Shown piece by piece: positions 45,311 through 54,736 of a stretch of DNA of 64,000 bases; the first letter of the stretch is position 1; the number at the start of each line of letters is the position of its first letter. This DNA is from Verrucomicrobiota bacterium. Its GTDB lineage: Bacteria; Verrucomicrobiota; Verrucomicrobiia; Limisphaerales; UBA9464. Both the position numbers and the translations under genes were made by a program. The stretch lies in assembly GCA_043755815.1 (NCBI GenBank), contig JAYUSF010000224.1:8924-72923 (forward strand). The letters are read 5' to 3'. Below the pieces are notes generated by a model that saw only the letters and a program-made list of their open reading frames with translations, was not told the DNA's origin and ran no database searches.

Positions 45311-47055
45311 CGGCTCCGCTTCTTCGCCAGTTCGCGGCGCAGGTCGGCGAGTGGCAGCGTGTTGATGACGTCGCCTTTCGTCAGCCAGCCCTTGCGGGCG
45401 AGGCCGGTGCCAAGCCGCAACCAGTTGGCGTGTTCGAGTTTGTGGGCGTCACAGTTCAGCACGCATTTCACGCCCTTGGACTTGGCGTATTGCCAGAGCC
45501 GCCAGTCGAGGTCGAAGCGGTAGGGCGACGCATTGAGCTCGATCCAGGTGCCGGTGGCGGCGCAGGCGTCGATGACGGCCTGCTGGTTGAGCTTGTAGGC
45601 GTCACGTTCCAGCAGCAGGCGGCCGCTCAGGTGACCGAGCATGTGGACGAACGGATTCTCGGCGGCCCGGATGAACCGTTTGGTGTTCTCCGCTTCGTCG
45701 CTGGAAGGCACATGCAGGCTGGCGACGACCACATCGAGTTCCGCGAGCAGGTCGTCGTCGAAGTCGAGGCCGTCCTTGAGGATGTCCACTTCGGAACCGG
45801 TCAGCAGACGGAAGTCAGTGCCGGCATCGGCCAACGTCCGGTTGACCTCGGCGACCGCCTGCAACTGCTGACGGACCCGCTGGGGGGTGAGCCCGTTCGC
45901 CTGGAAGCTGGCCCGCGAATGGTCGGTGATCGCCCAGTAGGCAAGCCCGAGTTCGTTCATGTGCGCCGCGATGTCGGCGAGCGGATTGCGGCCGTCGGAC
46001 CAGTCGGAATGGTTGTGGAGCGAGCCCTTCAGGTCGGTCCATTCGAGCAGGCGCGGCAGCGTGTGGTTTTCGCCGGCCTGAAATTCGCCGCGGTCTTCGC
46101 GGAGTTCGGGCGGCACGTAGTCGAGCCCGAGTTCGCGGAAAATGTCCGCCTCGTCGTTGCACGGCAACCGGAGGGCGGGATCTCGGGTTTCCTCGGAGCT
46201 GCGGTAGAGTCCGTATTCGTTCAGGCGCAGGCCCCGCGCGATGGCGCGCTGGCGCATGACGATGTTGTGTTCCTTCGAACCCGTGAAGTAGGCCAGCGCG
46301 TAGGGATACTCGGCATCGCTCACCACGCGCAGGTCAGCCTGAATGCCGTCGCCGAGGATGACGCTGGCCTTGGTGTCGCCCTGGGCGAGCACGCTCTTCA
46401 CGCCGGGCTGCTGGACGAAGTAGGCGATGACTTCCGCGGGCTGCTTCGACGAAACCAGGAAATCAATGTCCCCGATCACTTCCTTCCAACGCCGCAGGCT
46501 GCCGGCGGTGGAACAGCGGATGACGTCGGGATGCTCGCGCAACGAATCCAGAATCGGCTCGGCGACGACCAGCGCCTCGACCAGCCGGTGCCGCGAGGCG
46601 AACTGCCGTCGGAAGGCGATGGCTTCAAGAATCTTGGCCTGTGACTTTTCACCGAAGCCGTCGAGGGCCGCGACCTGATCGGCCTTGCAGGCGGCTTCCA
46701 GCTTTTCAATCGAGTCCACGCCCAGCTCGTCGTAGAGCTTCTTCACCTTCTTGGGGCCAACACCCTGAAGCCCCAGCATCTCGACCAGTCCCGGCGGCAA
46801 CGACGCCTTGAGTTCCTCGTAGTAAGGCAGCCGGCCGGTGGTGACGAGCGTGGTGACCTTGTCCTGGAGCGCCTCGCCGAAGCCTTTCAACTCTCCCAGG
46901 CGTTTCTCCGCAACGAGCGTGCCCAGCGGTTCGGTGAGCCCTTCGAGCACGCGCGCCGCGTTCGTGTAGGCGCGCGTCTTGAACGGGTTTTCGCCCTTCA
47001 GCTCGAGCAGTGTGCCGATCTCGGCGAGAATGGCGGCGACCTGATCCTTGTCCAT
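45307..47055 (-). CDS. polX: DNA polymerase X family protein with C-terminal PHP domain
   Basis: N-terminal HhH ENPFKTRAYTNAARVL, pol-beta-like core (GSLRRWKEVIGDIDFLV) and PHP motif GSLHNHSDWSDG. The 3' end overlaps the folC stop by 4 nt (convergent). Confidence 0.9.
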   Translation of the reverse strand: MDKDQVAAILAEIGTLLELKGENPFKTRAYTNAARVLEGLTEPLGTLVAEKRLGELKGFGEALQDKVTTLVTTGRLPYYEELKASLPPGLVEMLGLQGVGPKKVKKLYDELGVDSIEKLEAACKADQVAALDGFGEKSQAKILEAIAFRRQFASRHRLVEALVVAEPILDSLREHPDVIRCSTAGSLRRWKEVIGDIDFLVSSKQPAEVIAYFVQQPGVKSVLAQGDTKASVILGDGIQADLRVVSDAEYPYALAYFTGSKEHNIVMRQRAIARGLRLNEYGLYRSSEETRDPALRLPCNDEADIFRELGLDYVPPELREDRGEFQAGENHTLPRLLEWTDLKGSLHNHSDWSDGRNPLADIAAHMNELGLAYWAITDHSRASFQANGLTPQRVRQQLQAVAEVNRTLADAGTDFRLLTGSEVDILKDGLDFDDDLLAELDVVVASLHVPSSDEAENTKRFIRAAENPFVHMLGHLSGRLLLERDAYKLNQQAVIDACAATGTWIELNASPYRFDLDWRLWQYAKSKGVKCVLNCDAHKLEHANWLRLGTGLARKGWLTKGDVINTLPLADLRRELAKKRSR

Positions 47056-47086
47056 GGGCGGCAGACTACGGAATCCGCGGGCCGAC

Positions 47087-48031
47087 TCAAAACTTCTCGG
47101 GCACACCTTCCTCGAGCACGCGCAGGTGGCGGCCGAGGCGTTCGGCCTCGGTCAGTTCGCGGAGCCAGCGTTCGGGTTCGTCCATTTCCTCAAAGCTCAG
47201 CTTGAACGTGCCGTAGTGCATCGGCACCAGCCAGTCGGCACGGAGATCGCGGAACGCCTTCACCGCTTCGTCGGGGCCCATGTGGACGTTACGGAACGAG
47301 TCGGGAAAATAGGCGCCGATGGGCAGCAGCGCGATCTCGGGCCGAAGCCGCTCGCCGATCTCGGCGAAGCCTTCGAAGTAAGCCGAGTCGCCGGCGTGAT
47401 AGATCCGGCGCCCCTGATGTTCGATCACGAAGCCGCCCCAGCCGCGGTGCGCGTCGCGAAGCGTGCGGGCGCCCCAGTGCTTGGCCGGAACCAGGGTCAC
47501 CCGCCAGTCGCCCGCGCCGAAGCTTTCCCACCAGCGAAGTTCCACGACGCGTTCGAAGCCGAGCCGTTTCGCCAGCGAACCGCAGCCCCACGGGAGGACG
47601 GCGATCTTGGGCGACGGCGGCAGCTTGCGGAGCGACGGCTTGTGAAAGTGGTCAAAGTGCGCGTGCGTCAGCAGCACGACATCGATCGGCGGCAGGTCCT
47701 GCGGCCGGATTCCGGGACGCTTGAGGCGCTTGAGCAGGAAGAGCCAGTTCGCAAAGTTCGGATCAATGATCAGGTTGAGGTCCGAGAACTGCATCAGGAA
47801 CGAGGCGTGCCCGATCCAAGTCAGGGCGAGCTCCCCCGGGTTCAGCTTCGGAAACGCCGGCACCTTCGTGGTGCCGCTTCGCCGCGTGACAAACGCCTTC
47901 CAGACCATCTCGCGGAAAAAGGTCCGGGGATTGAAATGGTTCGCGGGCGTGAGCTCCTTGAATGAGCGTGGCAATCCGCGGCGGCGTTGCCGGGCGTCCA
48001 CCGGCTGCGGGCGATTGGCCTCGGCGCTCAT
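47087..48031 (-). CDS. MBL-fold metallo-hydrolase (NAPE-PLD-like)
   Basis: VVLLTHAHFDHF (HxHxDH) plus downstream His/Asp ligand blocks (YHAGDS, VPMHYGTF). Confidence 0.85.
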   Translation of the reverse strand: MSAEANRPQPVDARQRRRGLPRSFKELTPANHFNPRTFFREMVWKAFVTRRSGTTKVPAFPKLNPGELALTWIGHASFLMQFSDLNLIIDPNFANWLFLLKRLKRPGIRPQDLPPIDVVLLTHAHFDHFHKPSLRKLPPSPKIAVLPWGCGSLAKRLGFERVVELRWWESFGAGDWRVTLVPAKHWGARTLRDAHRGWGGFVIEHQGRRIYHAGDSAYFEGFAEIGERLRPEIALLPIGAYFPDSFRNVHMGPDEAVKAFRDLRADWLVPMHYGTFKLSFEEMDEPERWLRELTEAERLGRHLRVLEEGVPEKF

Positions 48032-48100
48032 TTCTCCGGGAATATGGCGGATGCCGGGCGGCGGGGAAAGGCGACTTTCCCGTCACCGGCCGGAGCGGTC

Positions 48101-50818
48101 TCAGCGAAGTTCAACAAAGAGTCCCTGACTGAGGTTGGTAAATGAACCGGAGCCGGTCACCTGAAGCCGGGCGGCGCGGATCTGGTAGAGGGCCTTTGAA
48201 GCTCCCGGCGTGTCCTCAAAGGAGGTCTGAGCCGTCGGAACGGGATTTACCGGCACCGCAAAGCCGGCGAGCCCGTTCGTGCTGCGATAGACGTAGTAGC
48301 CGCAATCCGGATCGGGCGACGGTTCCCACTCCAGCCGCACCCCCGCCCCCGTGCGGGTGACCCGCGGGCGGGTGGGCGGCGAAACGCGGTGAAGCCGCAG
48401 CGTGGGATCGCCGAGGATGCTTTCGAAGCGCGGCACCCATGGCTGTCCCTCCCAACCATGGGTCATGGTGGCGGCCAGCGGCGCTCCGCTGCCCAGCGGC
48501 GCAAAGTCCCACATGGGTCCGCCAAAGGTGGCGAGCCCGTAGTTGGGCCAACCCAGCGAGGCCCGGAGCCAGTTGTCGTTTTCCTGGCACCGATCCGAGG
48601 CGTCCAGGCAGGCCCAGTCGCAGCCGTAGGAAAACCAGACCTGCCGGAAGGTGACCGGCACCTCCCGGGCCGGATCGGCGAAGCTGGCGGCATGGTGCGG
48701 CTTGTCGGTCAGGCCATCGGCAACGCTCTGTCCCGATTTGCCACCCGAATACTGGAAGTGCACCCCCAGGTCGGCCGGGACCGCGTCGATCAGGTTGAAG
48801 CCGCTGAACACGGTGGCGGGTTCGACCCCGAAGGCGGCGCCGGCGAAACCCTGGGCGGCGTTGGCTCCATAGAATTCCGCCGGATTGCCCAGGTGGGCCG
48901 ACACGCGGCCGGCCGTGCGAATGCCATTGGTTCGATACCGGAAGTCTTTCGCCAAGTAGCGCCGGATCAGGTCCACCTCGGATAGCGTGCCAAACGCCGG
49001 CAACCGAGCGAAGTCCACCCGGCCCACCGCAAAGTCCGGCACCCGCCCGACGGTGGTATCCTTCGCGCTCAGTTTCCCCACCAGGTAGTCTTGGTCGAAC
49101 TTGCCGTCGCCCGGCAAATTGGCGCCGCTGCCCTGCGGCGAGCGAAACGTATCGGTATCGGTGAAGAGCGACCGGTTCGTGTAGCCGTAGTAGGCGTCAC
49201 AGACCCAGGCCCCGCTGTGTTCGGCATGATGTCCGTCGGTCGCCTGCGTGCCGCTGTAGGGAATCGTCACGTGCCCGATCAGGAACACGACGTTGGTGGT
49301 GTCAGGCCGCGCGGCTTTGGCAATGTCGTCCGCCAGCCGGGGCAGGTTCCGACGATTGACGCTCCATTTGGAATCATCGTGGCGCGGGGCCGAGATCTGG
49401 CTCACCGACCAGCCGTCGCCGACGAGGTTGGTCCGCAGTTGGGCCAGCTCCTGGCTCAGCCTCGAAGCCAGCGTCGTGTCGACCGCCAGGATGACATGGC
49501 CGCGCCGGTGTTGCGGCGGCAGGGCGACCCCGGCAAAGAAATGGCGGAACACCGGGATCGGGACGCTGCCAATCGCCCCGGCGTAGTCGAGTTGCGCCTT
49601 GTATTCATAGACCGTGCCCGTCTCGGTTTCCGGGTCCGTCCAGAGTTCCTCAATGGACTGGCTGAGCACCGGCGCCCCCCAGTCCGGGCGGCCCGGGGAC
49701 CGCCGCCACAGCGACAGCGGCCACGGCCGCGCGATGCCGGAACCCGTCGTAAGATCGGCCCCACCATAGGCCCGGGCGAACCGCAGCCGGGCGACGCCGG
49801 CGTTGGTGACGATTTGCACCGTGAGCTGCTGACGCGTGTAGAGTTCGGCCTGGCCCAGCGGGTAATTGAAGGTTTCGAGGCTGTCGATGGCACCCTGGAG
49901 CCGGCCGTATTTGCCGGTCGAATCCGAGCCCAGGACGAACCCTTCCTCCGTAAGCGTGCGGGCCGGCGGCAGATTCCCGAGGTCAATGCCGTAGCCGGAA
50001 TACGCCATGCCCGTCCCCAGCCGGGACGAGTGGGTCGCGCCGTTGTGCTGCAGGGAGGTGAAGGCGGGATGATAGGCCAACGTGAGTTCATGCCAGTAGA
50101 TGGACGACCATTCGTGAGCGCGCAGCGGAAGCCAGTAGCGGGCGGACACAAAGGCGCCGCTGTTTTGGGCCAGTTCCAGCCGCCACAGGTCGGCCGGATC
50201 GCCGTCGTGCTGGCGGAACAGCCAGGACCACCAGCCCGTTTCGGTGTTGCCGTAGTTACCGACCTCAAACAGCCGCGGCGACGTGTCGGGACGCCGATCC
50301 CAGGTCCAGTCGGGCCGCAACCAGAGGCGGATCGAGCCCTGGTCCAGCCGCACGTTGAGCCGGCCGTTTGCCTCCCGCACGGCGTAGCGAAGCGGACCGC
50401 TGGCCGGATCTGGAAAATGGATGGCTCCGCCCCGGACGCCGTTCGTCCGCGAACCGTTGGCCGAAAAACCGGTCAGCGGTCCCTGCCCCCGGTCGCCGAG
50501 TTTCCAGGTTTGATCCGGGCCGTCCCACCACCAGGCGGCCAGACGTGTCGGGATCCAGCTCCGCGCACTCAGCGGATCGGTGCCGGCGGCAATCTCCTCG
50601 CCGTCCAAGGCGCCATCCTGATCAGTGTCGGCGTTTCGCCAGTCAGTCTCGCCATCGTCACGGCGACCGTTCTGGTTGCGGTCTTCCACGACATCGGGCA
50701 GCCCGTCGCCATCGGTGTCGAGAAGGGGTGGCACCTCGGCCGACTGGATCCGGAGGGCAAAGAGCACCAGACCGGTGAACCAAGTAAGGCGGCGGAAGAG
50801 CGAGTCGATGGAGCGCAT
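48101..50818 (-). CDS. large secreted multidomain protein (Asp-rich thrombospondin-type-3-like repeats, LamG-like domain, possible caspase-fold/C25-like region, C-terminal FN3)
   Basis: Signal/anchor MRSIDSLFRRLTWFTGLVLFALRIQSA. DTDGDGLPDVVEDRNQNGRRDDGETDWRNADTDQDGALDGEE. LamG-like GGAIHF...GSIRLWLRPDW. FN3-like GVRLEWEPSPDPDCGYYVYRS. The C25-like call is weak. Confidence 0.7.
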   Translation of the reverse strand: MRSIDSLFRRLTWFTGLVLFALRIQSAEVPPLLDTDGDGLPDVVEDRNQNGRRDDGETDWRNADTDQDGALDGEEIAAGTDPLSARSWIPTRLAAWWWDGPDQTWKLGDRGQGPLTGFSANGSRTNGVRGGAIHFPDPASGPLRYAVREANGRLNVRLDQGSIRLWLRPDWTWDRRPDTSPRLFEVGNYGNTETGWWSWLFRQHDGDPADLWRLELAQNSGAFVSARYWLPLRAHEWSSIYWHELTLAYHPAFTSLQHNGATHSSRLGTGMAYSGYGIDLGNLPPARTLTEEGFVLGSDSTGKYGRLQGAIDSLETFNYPLGQAELYTRQQLTVQIVTNAGVARLRFARAYGGADLTTGSGIARPWPLSLWRRSPGRPDWGAPVLSQSIEELWTDPETETGTVYEYKAQLDYAGAIGSVPIPVFRHFFAGVALPPQHRRGHVILAVDTTLASRLSQELAQLRTNLVGDGWSVSQISAPRHDDSKWSVNRRNLPRLADDIAKAARPDTTNVVFLIGHVTIPYSGTQATDGHHAEHSGAWVCDAYYGYTNRSLFTDTDTFRSPQGSGANLPGDGKFDQDYLVGKLSAKDTTVGRVPDFAVGRVDFARLPAFGTLSEVDLIRRYLAKDFRYRTNGIRTAGRVSAHLGNPAEFYGANAAQGFAGAAFGVEPATVFSGFNLIDAVPADLGVHFQYSGGKSGQSVADGLTDKPHHAASFADPAREVPVTFRQVWFSYGCDWACLDASDRCQENDNWLRASLGWPNYGLATFGGPMWDFAPLGSGAPLAATMTHGWEGQPWVPRFESILGDPTLRLHRVSPPTRPRVTRTGAGVRLEWEPSPDPDCGYYVYRSTNGLAGFAVPVNPVPTAQTSFEDTPGASKALYQIRAARLQVTGSGSFTNLSQGLFVELR

Positions 50819-50945
50819 GAGAACCCGGCCGAACCGGCCGGCCGATTGAACCCAAGCGAAGCCGATTTGGCTTGGGCCAGCAAGCTGCCCGGAGCCCCCT
50901 GTTCGCCGGCAACTCATACCATTTCCCGAAAACATCCGGCCTAGA

Positions 50946-51000
50946 CCGTGGGCGGGTTGCCCCGCAACCCGCAGCGGTTTCCGGGGGAAACCGCCCACAG
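50946..51000. repeat. palindromic intergenic repeat, copy C
   Basis: CCGTGGGCGGGTTGCCCCGCAACCCGCAGCGGTTTCCGGGGGAAACCGCCCACAG. Differs from copy B at two positions (T/C at the second base, C/T in the second hairpin). Confidence 0.9.
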
Positions 51001-51029
51001 TTGTTACCGACTGGCTCAGGGAAATGGTA

Positions 51030-52022
51030 TCAGAACAGCTTGCCGATGACCGAGCCCAGCACCTGAAGCGGACCGGTGTCTTCCAGGCCCTCGGTCGCCT
51101 TGTCCACCTTCTGCAGCGTGAGCTTCACGTTCTTCAGGAACGTCGGATCGTTGACGAGCTGACCGATGGAACCCTGGCCGCCGTTGATCTTCTGCATGAT
51201 TTCCTTGAGCTGGGTCATCGCGGTCGCGGTTTCGGTGTAAAGCTTCTCGTCCGTCATCAGCCGGCCGAGCGTGCCTTTGCCCTCGCTCATGCCGACGACC
51301 AGCTTCTTCGCCTCGGCCACGGCCGTGCGCGCATCGGTCGCCAGGGGTTCAAACTGCACGGCGGCCTTGTTGAGATTGGTCATCATGCTGACGCCCGACA
51401 GGTAGAGGGTGTCGTCTTTGAGCAGCTTGCCCATCGTGCCCTGGCCCTCGGCCATCATGGTGGTGACGTTCTGCAGGTTGCCGAGAATCGCGGTGAGCCG
51501 GGGCTGGTTCTGCTTGAGAAAATCGGTGAAAGGCCCGAGCAGCTTGCTGAACTCCTCGCCGCTGAAGCTCTTGGTCATGTTCTGCACGCCGTCGGCCACG
51601 CCATCCAGCTTCGCCATGATCTGCGACAGGTCCGGCTGGTCCTTGGATTCCAGCACCGTGTCCGCCGTGGCCAGCGGGGCCGTTTCGGTGCCGAAGGACA
51701 GCGAGACGAAGTTCTGCCCGAGGAGCCCCGCAAACTGGATCGTCGCCACGCTGTCGGTGCGGACTTCGGCCGCGGGTTCCAGGACCATGTCCACTTCAAC
51801 GCGGCCGCCGCGGAGCCTGATCACCTTCACGCGGCCCACCTGCACGCCGGCCAGCTTCACGGGATCGCCCACCTTGAGGTCCTTGGCGTTGGCAAACTGG
51901 GCCTTCACCAGCTTGCCGCGGCTGAACACCGCGCCGCCGCCGATGAGTTCAAACAGCAGGAAGGCACCGATCACAATCAGGGCGAAGAACACACCAAGCC
52001 GGGTTTCGAGCGAGTTTTTCAT
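51030..52022 (-). CDS. mlaD: MlaD/MCE family protein (ABC lipid-transport periplasmic component)
   Basis: N-terminal anchor LGVFFALIVIGAFLLF, then the MCE core AQFANAKDLKVGDPVKLAGVQVGRVKVI. ATG 52022. Confidence 0.85.
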   Translation of the reverse strand: MKNSLETRLGVFFALIVIGAFLLFELIGGGAVFSRGKLVKAQFANAKDLKVGDPVKLAGVQVGRVKVIRLRGGRVEVDMVLEPAAEVRTDSVATIQFAGLLGQNFVSLSFGTETAPLATADTVLESKDQPDLSQIMAKLDGVADGVQNMTKSFSGEEFSKLLGPFTDFLKQNQPRLTAILGNLQNVTTMMAEGQGTMGKLLKDDTLYLSGVSMMTNLNKAAVQFEPLATDARTAVAEAKKLVVGMSEGKGTLGRLMTDEKLYTETATAMTQLKEIMQKINGGQGSIGQLVNDPTFLKNVKLTLQKVDKATEGLEDTGPLQVLGSVIGKLF

Positions 52023-52074
52023 GGGCAACTCAATTCAAGGGATACAAACGGTGACGGCACAAAGACGGGGGAAA

Positions 52075-52165
52075 GGAATCTGGAAAACAGGAAGCCAGGA
52101 AAGAAGCCTTTGAGAAGGGCCTGGTTTCCCGACCGGCCATTCCTGTTTTCCTGCTTTCCAAATTC
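52075..52165. repeat. imperfect inverted repeat (purine-rich GGAA-type arms) in the mlaF-mlaD spacer
   Basis: GGAATCTGGAAAACAGGAAGCCAGGAAAG versus the reverse complement of CATTCCTGTTTTCCTGCTTTCCAAATTC (23 of 28 positions match), with a ~34-nt spacer. Confidence 0.65.
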
Positions 52166-52175
52166 ATCGGCTTCC

Positions 52176-52925
52176 TCATCGGAACTCCGCCTTCAGGAAC
52201 CGCTGCAGCAGCGGATGGGGGTGGATGCGGATTTCGTCAGGCGTGCCAAGCGCGATGATTTCGCCGTCCAGCAGGAAGCCGATGCGGTCGGCGATGCCGA
52301 AGGCCAGGTCCCGGTCGTGGGTCACCAGCACGGTCGTGGCGCCGATGCGCTGGTTGAGGTGCAGGATCTCGCGGCCGATCGTCAGCGCCACCAGCGGGTC
52401 AAGCTCGCTGGTGGGTTCGTCGAACAGGATGAGCTGCGGCTCAATCACGAGCGCCCGGGCGATGGCCACGCGCTTCTTCATGCCGCCGGAAAGTTCGGAC
52501 GGATACTTCGCGGCATCCTCCCGCCCGAGTTCGACCAGGGCCAGCTTCTCCACCACGATCCGCTCAATCTCGGCGGCCGGCTTGAGCCGGTGTTCGCTGA
52601 GGTAGAGGCCGACGTTTTCGGCGACGGTCAGCGAGTTCAGCAGACCACCGCTCTGGAAGACCATCGCCATGCGGATGCGGTCCCCGACGCCTTCGGCGGA
52701 AACGGGCTCGTCACCCACGTGGATTTCGCCCTCGTCAGGCTTTTCCAGCCCGATGAGGTGACGCAGGAAGACGGACTTGCCGGAACCGCTTGGGCCCATC
52801 AGCGCAAAGATCTCGCCGGCCCGCACGTCGAGGTCGAGTCCCTTGAGCACGGGTTCGCCGCCGAAGGACTTGCGGAGCCCGCGGACGGTGACCGGTATGC
52901 CGGAATTGGAGACGGAGGCAGCCAT
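52176..52925 (-). CDS. mlaF: ABC transporter ATP-binding protein (MlaF-like)
   Basis: Walker A GPSGSGKSV, signature LSGGMKKRVAIARAL, Walker B LILFDEPTSELD. Confidence 0.9.
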   Translation of the reverse strand: MAASVSNSGIPVTVRGLRKSFGGEPVLKGLDLDVRAGEIFALMGPSGSGKSVFLRHLIGLEKPDEGEIHVGDEPVSAEGVGDRIRMAMVFQSGGLLNSLTVAENVGLYLSEHRLKPAAEIERIVVEKLALVELGREDAAKYPSELSGGMKKRVAIARALVIEPQLILFDEPTSELDPLVALTIGREILHLNQRIGATTVLVTHDRDLAFGIADRIGFLLDGEIIALGTPDEIRIHPHPLLQRFLKAEFR

Positions 52926-52932
52926 GGGATCT

Positions 52933-53691
52933 TCAGATGGCCCAGCCGTTGTCGAACGGCAGCAGCAGGCGGGTGAGCACGTAGTCCATGATCAGAATCA
53001 GGATGAAGGAGTTCACCACCGCCTTGGTGACACTCCGGCCGATGCCGCGCGGACCGCCGGCCGTGGCCAGACCCTGCTGGCAGGAAACCACGCCGACCAT
53101 GACGGCGAAGACAAAGGCCTTGATGAGGCCGTTGAGGATGTCGCCCACCTGCACCTCCTGCTGGAGGTTGGAGAAAAAGGCCGTCAGCGAAACGTCGATC
53201 CGGGCGTTATGCGCGGCGACCAGCGCCCCGCCAAGCCAGCCGACGAGGTTGGAAAAGATCACCAGGCAGGGCAGCGCGATGCTGATGGCCACGACCCGCG
53301 GCAGCACCAGATAGGTGATGGGGTTGATGTTCAAGGTGCGCAGCGCGTCGAGTTCCTGATAGACGCGCATGGAGCCCAGTTCCGCCGCCATGGCCGACCC
53401 GACCCGCCCTGCAATCAGCACCGCCATCATCACCGGCGCCAGTTCCTTGCACATCGAGAGCGCCACCAACCCGCCCAGGGCCGACCCGAGGCCGCGTTCG
53501 ACCAGCACCGGCCCCGTCTGCAACGACAGCACGCCACCGATGAAGAGGGACAGCAGGCACGCCATGAAGAGGCTGGCGTTGCCAATGTCAAAGAGCTGCT
53601 CGGCCACCCTGTGCCGCTCCCGCCACACGCGCGGCAATGCCCGCACCGTGGCGGTGAAGAGCAGGACCAGTTCTCCGATGTTGCGAAACAT
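52933..53691 (-). CDS. mlaE: ABC transporter permease (MlaE-like)
   Basis: 252-aa polytopic protein with a conserved MlaE-type core (ELAPVMMAVLIAGRVGSAMAAELGSMRVYQELDAL). Confidence 0.88.
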   Translation of the reverse strand: MFRNIGELVLLFTATVRALPRVWRERHRVAEQLFDIGNASLFMACLLSLFIGGVLSLQTGPVLVERGLGSALGGLVALSMCKELAPVMMAVLIAGRVGSAMAAELGSMRVYQELDALRTLNINPITYLVLPRVVAISIALPCLVIFSNLVGWLGGALVAAHNARIDVSLTAFFSNLQQEVQVGDILNGLIKAFVFAVMVGVVSCQQGLATAGGPRGIGRSVTKAVVNSFILILIMDYVLTRLLLPFDNGWAI

Positions 53692-53723
53692 GCTTCAGGG
53701 CGCGACCCGCGCGGACACGAGTG

Positions 53724-54338
53724 TCACTTAAAGCGGAGTTTGGACAAGTTCCAGAAACCAAACCCACCGATCAGGGCGCCGGAAAACCGGTTCAGCCACT
53801 TCATCTGCCGGGGGCCGAACCGCGAGCCCAGCCGGCGTGAACCGAGGCTGAGCACCAGCCACCAAGTGGCCGATCCGGCAAACACGCCGGCGACCAGTTG
53901 GGTCACCGTCGGCCACGAATTGCCGCCGCGCCCGAGCCCCATGCCGGCGAACAGGACGCCGAACTGCAGGATGGTCATCGGGTTGGTGAGTGTGAGCAGC
54001 AGGGTCGTGCCAAAGGCACCCGCGAGACTGGCCGCTTCATTCTTCGCCGCAGCCGTGGCGGGCTGACTCCGCCACGTCTTCACGCCGAGGTAGCAGAGGA
54101 ACAGCCCGCCGAGCAGGGCGAACCAGACCTGTTGCTTCACCAGCAGATCCGACACGATGGTCAGGCCCGTCGCCCCAATCGCGCCGTAGATCGCGTCGGC
54201 CGTGGCGGCGCCAAGACCGCAGAGGAAGCCGACTAGCGCGCCTTCCGCGATGGAGCGGCGGATACACAGCACACCGATGGGACCAACCGGCACGGCAATG
54301 GAAAAGCCCAGCGCAACGCCCTGGAGAAAAGCGCTCAT
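53724..54338 (-). CDS. LysE family amino-acid exporter
   Basis: [30 protein letters not shown]-terminal LysE signature; about 6 TM. The ATG overlaps the sugE stop (ATGA). Confidence 0.85.
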   Translation of the reverse strand: MSAFLQGVALGFSIAVPVGPIGVLCIRRSIAEGALVGFLCGLGAATADAIYGAIGATGLTIVSDLLVKQQVWFALLGGLFLCYLGVKTWRSQPATAAAKNEAASLAGAFGTTLLLTLTNPMTILQFGVLFAGMGLGRGGNSWPTVTQLVAGVFAGSATWWLVLSLGSRRLGSRFGPRQMKWLNRFSGALIGGFGFWNLSKLRFK

Positions 54339-54658
54339 GCGGTCTTGGAGACGATTTTCAGCCCAACCACGCCGGCCACGATCAACGCAAGGCAACCGAC
54401 GCGGGCCAGTTCACGGGGTTCGCCCAAGAATAGCATCCCAACGATGGCCGTGCCGGCCGCGCCGATGCCCGTCCAAACGGCGTAGGCCGTGCCGATGGGC
54501 AGTGTCTTCAGCGAGAGCGACAGCAGGGCAAAGCTGGCCACCATGCAGAGCGCGGTGCCGAGGCTGGGCCAAAGCCGCGAAAACCCGTCCGTGTATTTCA
54601 GCCCAACCGCCCAGCCGATTTCGAGCAAGCCCGCGAGCACCAACCAAAACCATGCCAT
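54335..54658 (-). CDS. sugE: SMR family transporter SugE/Gdx (guanidinium/quaternary ammonium exporter)
   Basis: [26 protein letters not shown] with the essential Glu; 4 TM; 107 aa. Confidence 0.9.
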   Translation of the reverse strand: MAWFWLVLAGLLEIGWAVGLKYTDGFSRLWPSLGTALCMVASFALLSLSLKTLPIGTAYAVWTGIGAAGTAIVGMLFLGEPRELARVGCLALIVAGVVGLKIVSKTA

Positions 54659-54736
54659 GGCGGCATCCTAGCCGTCGTTCGCCCGGAAGGGAATCCGCGC
54701 CCTTCGGCTGCCGGAAGGATTTTTTATCGGACCGAG

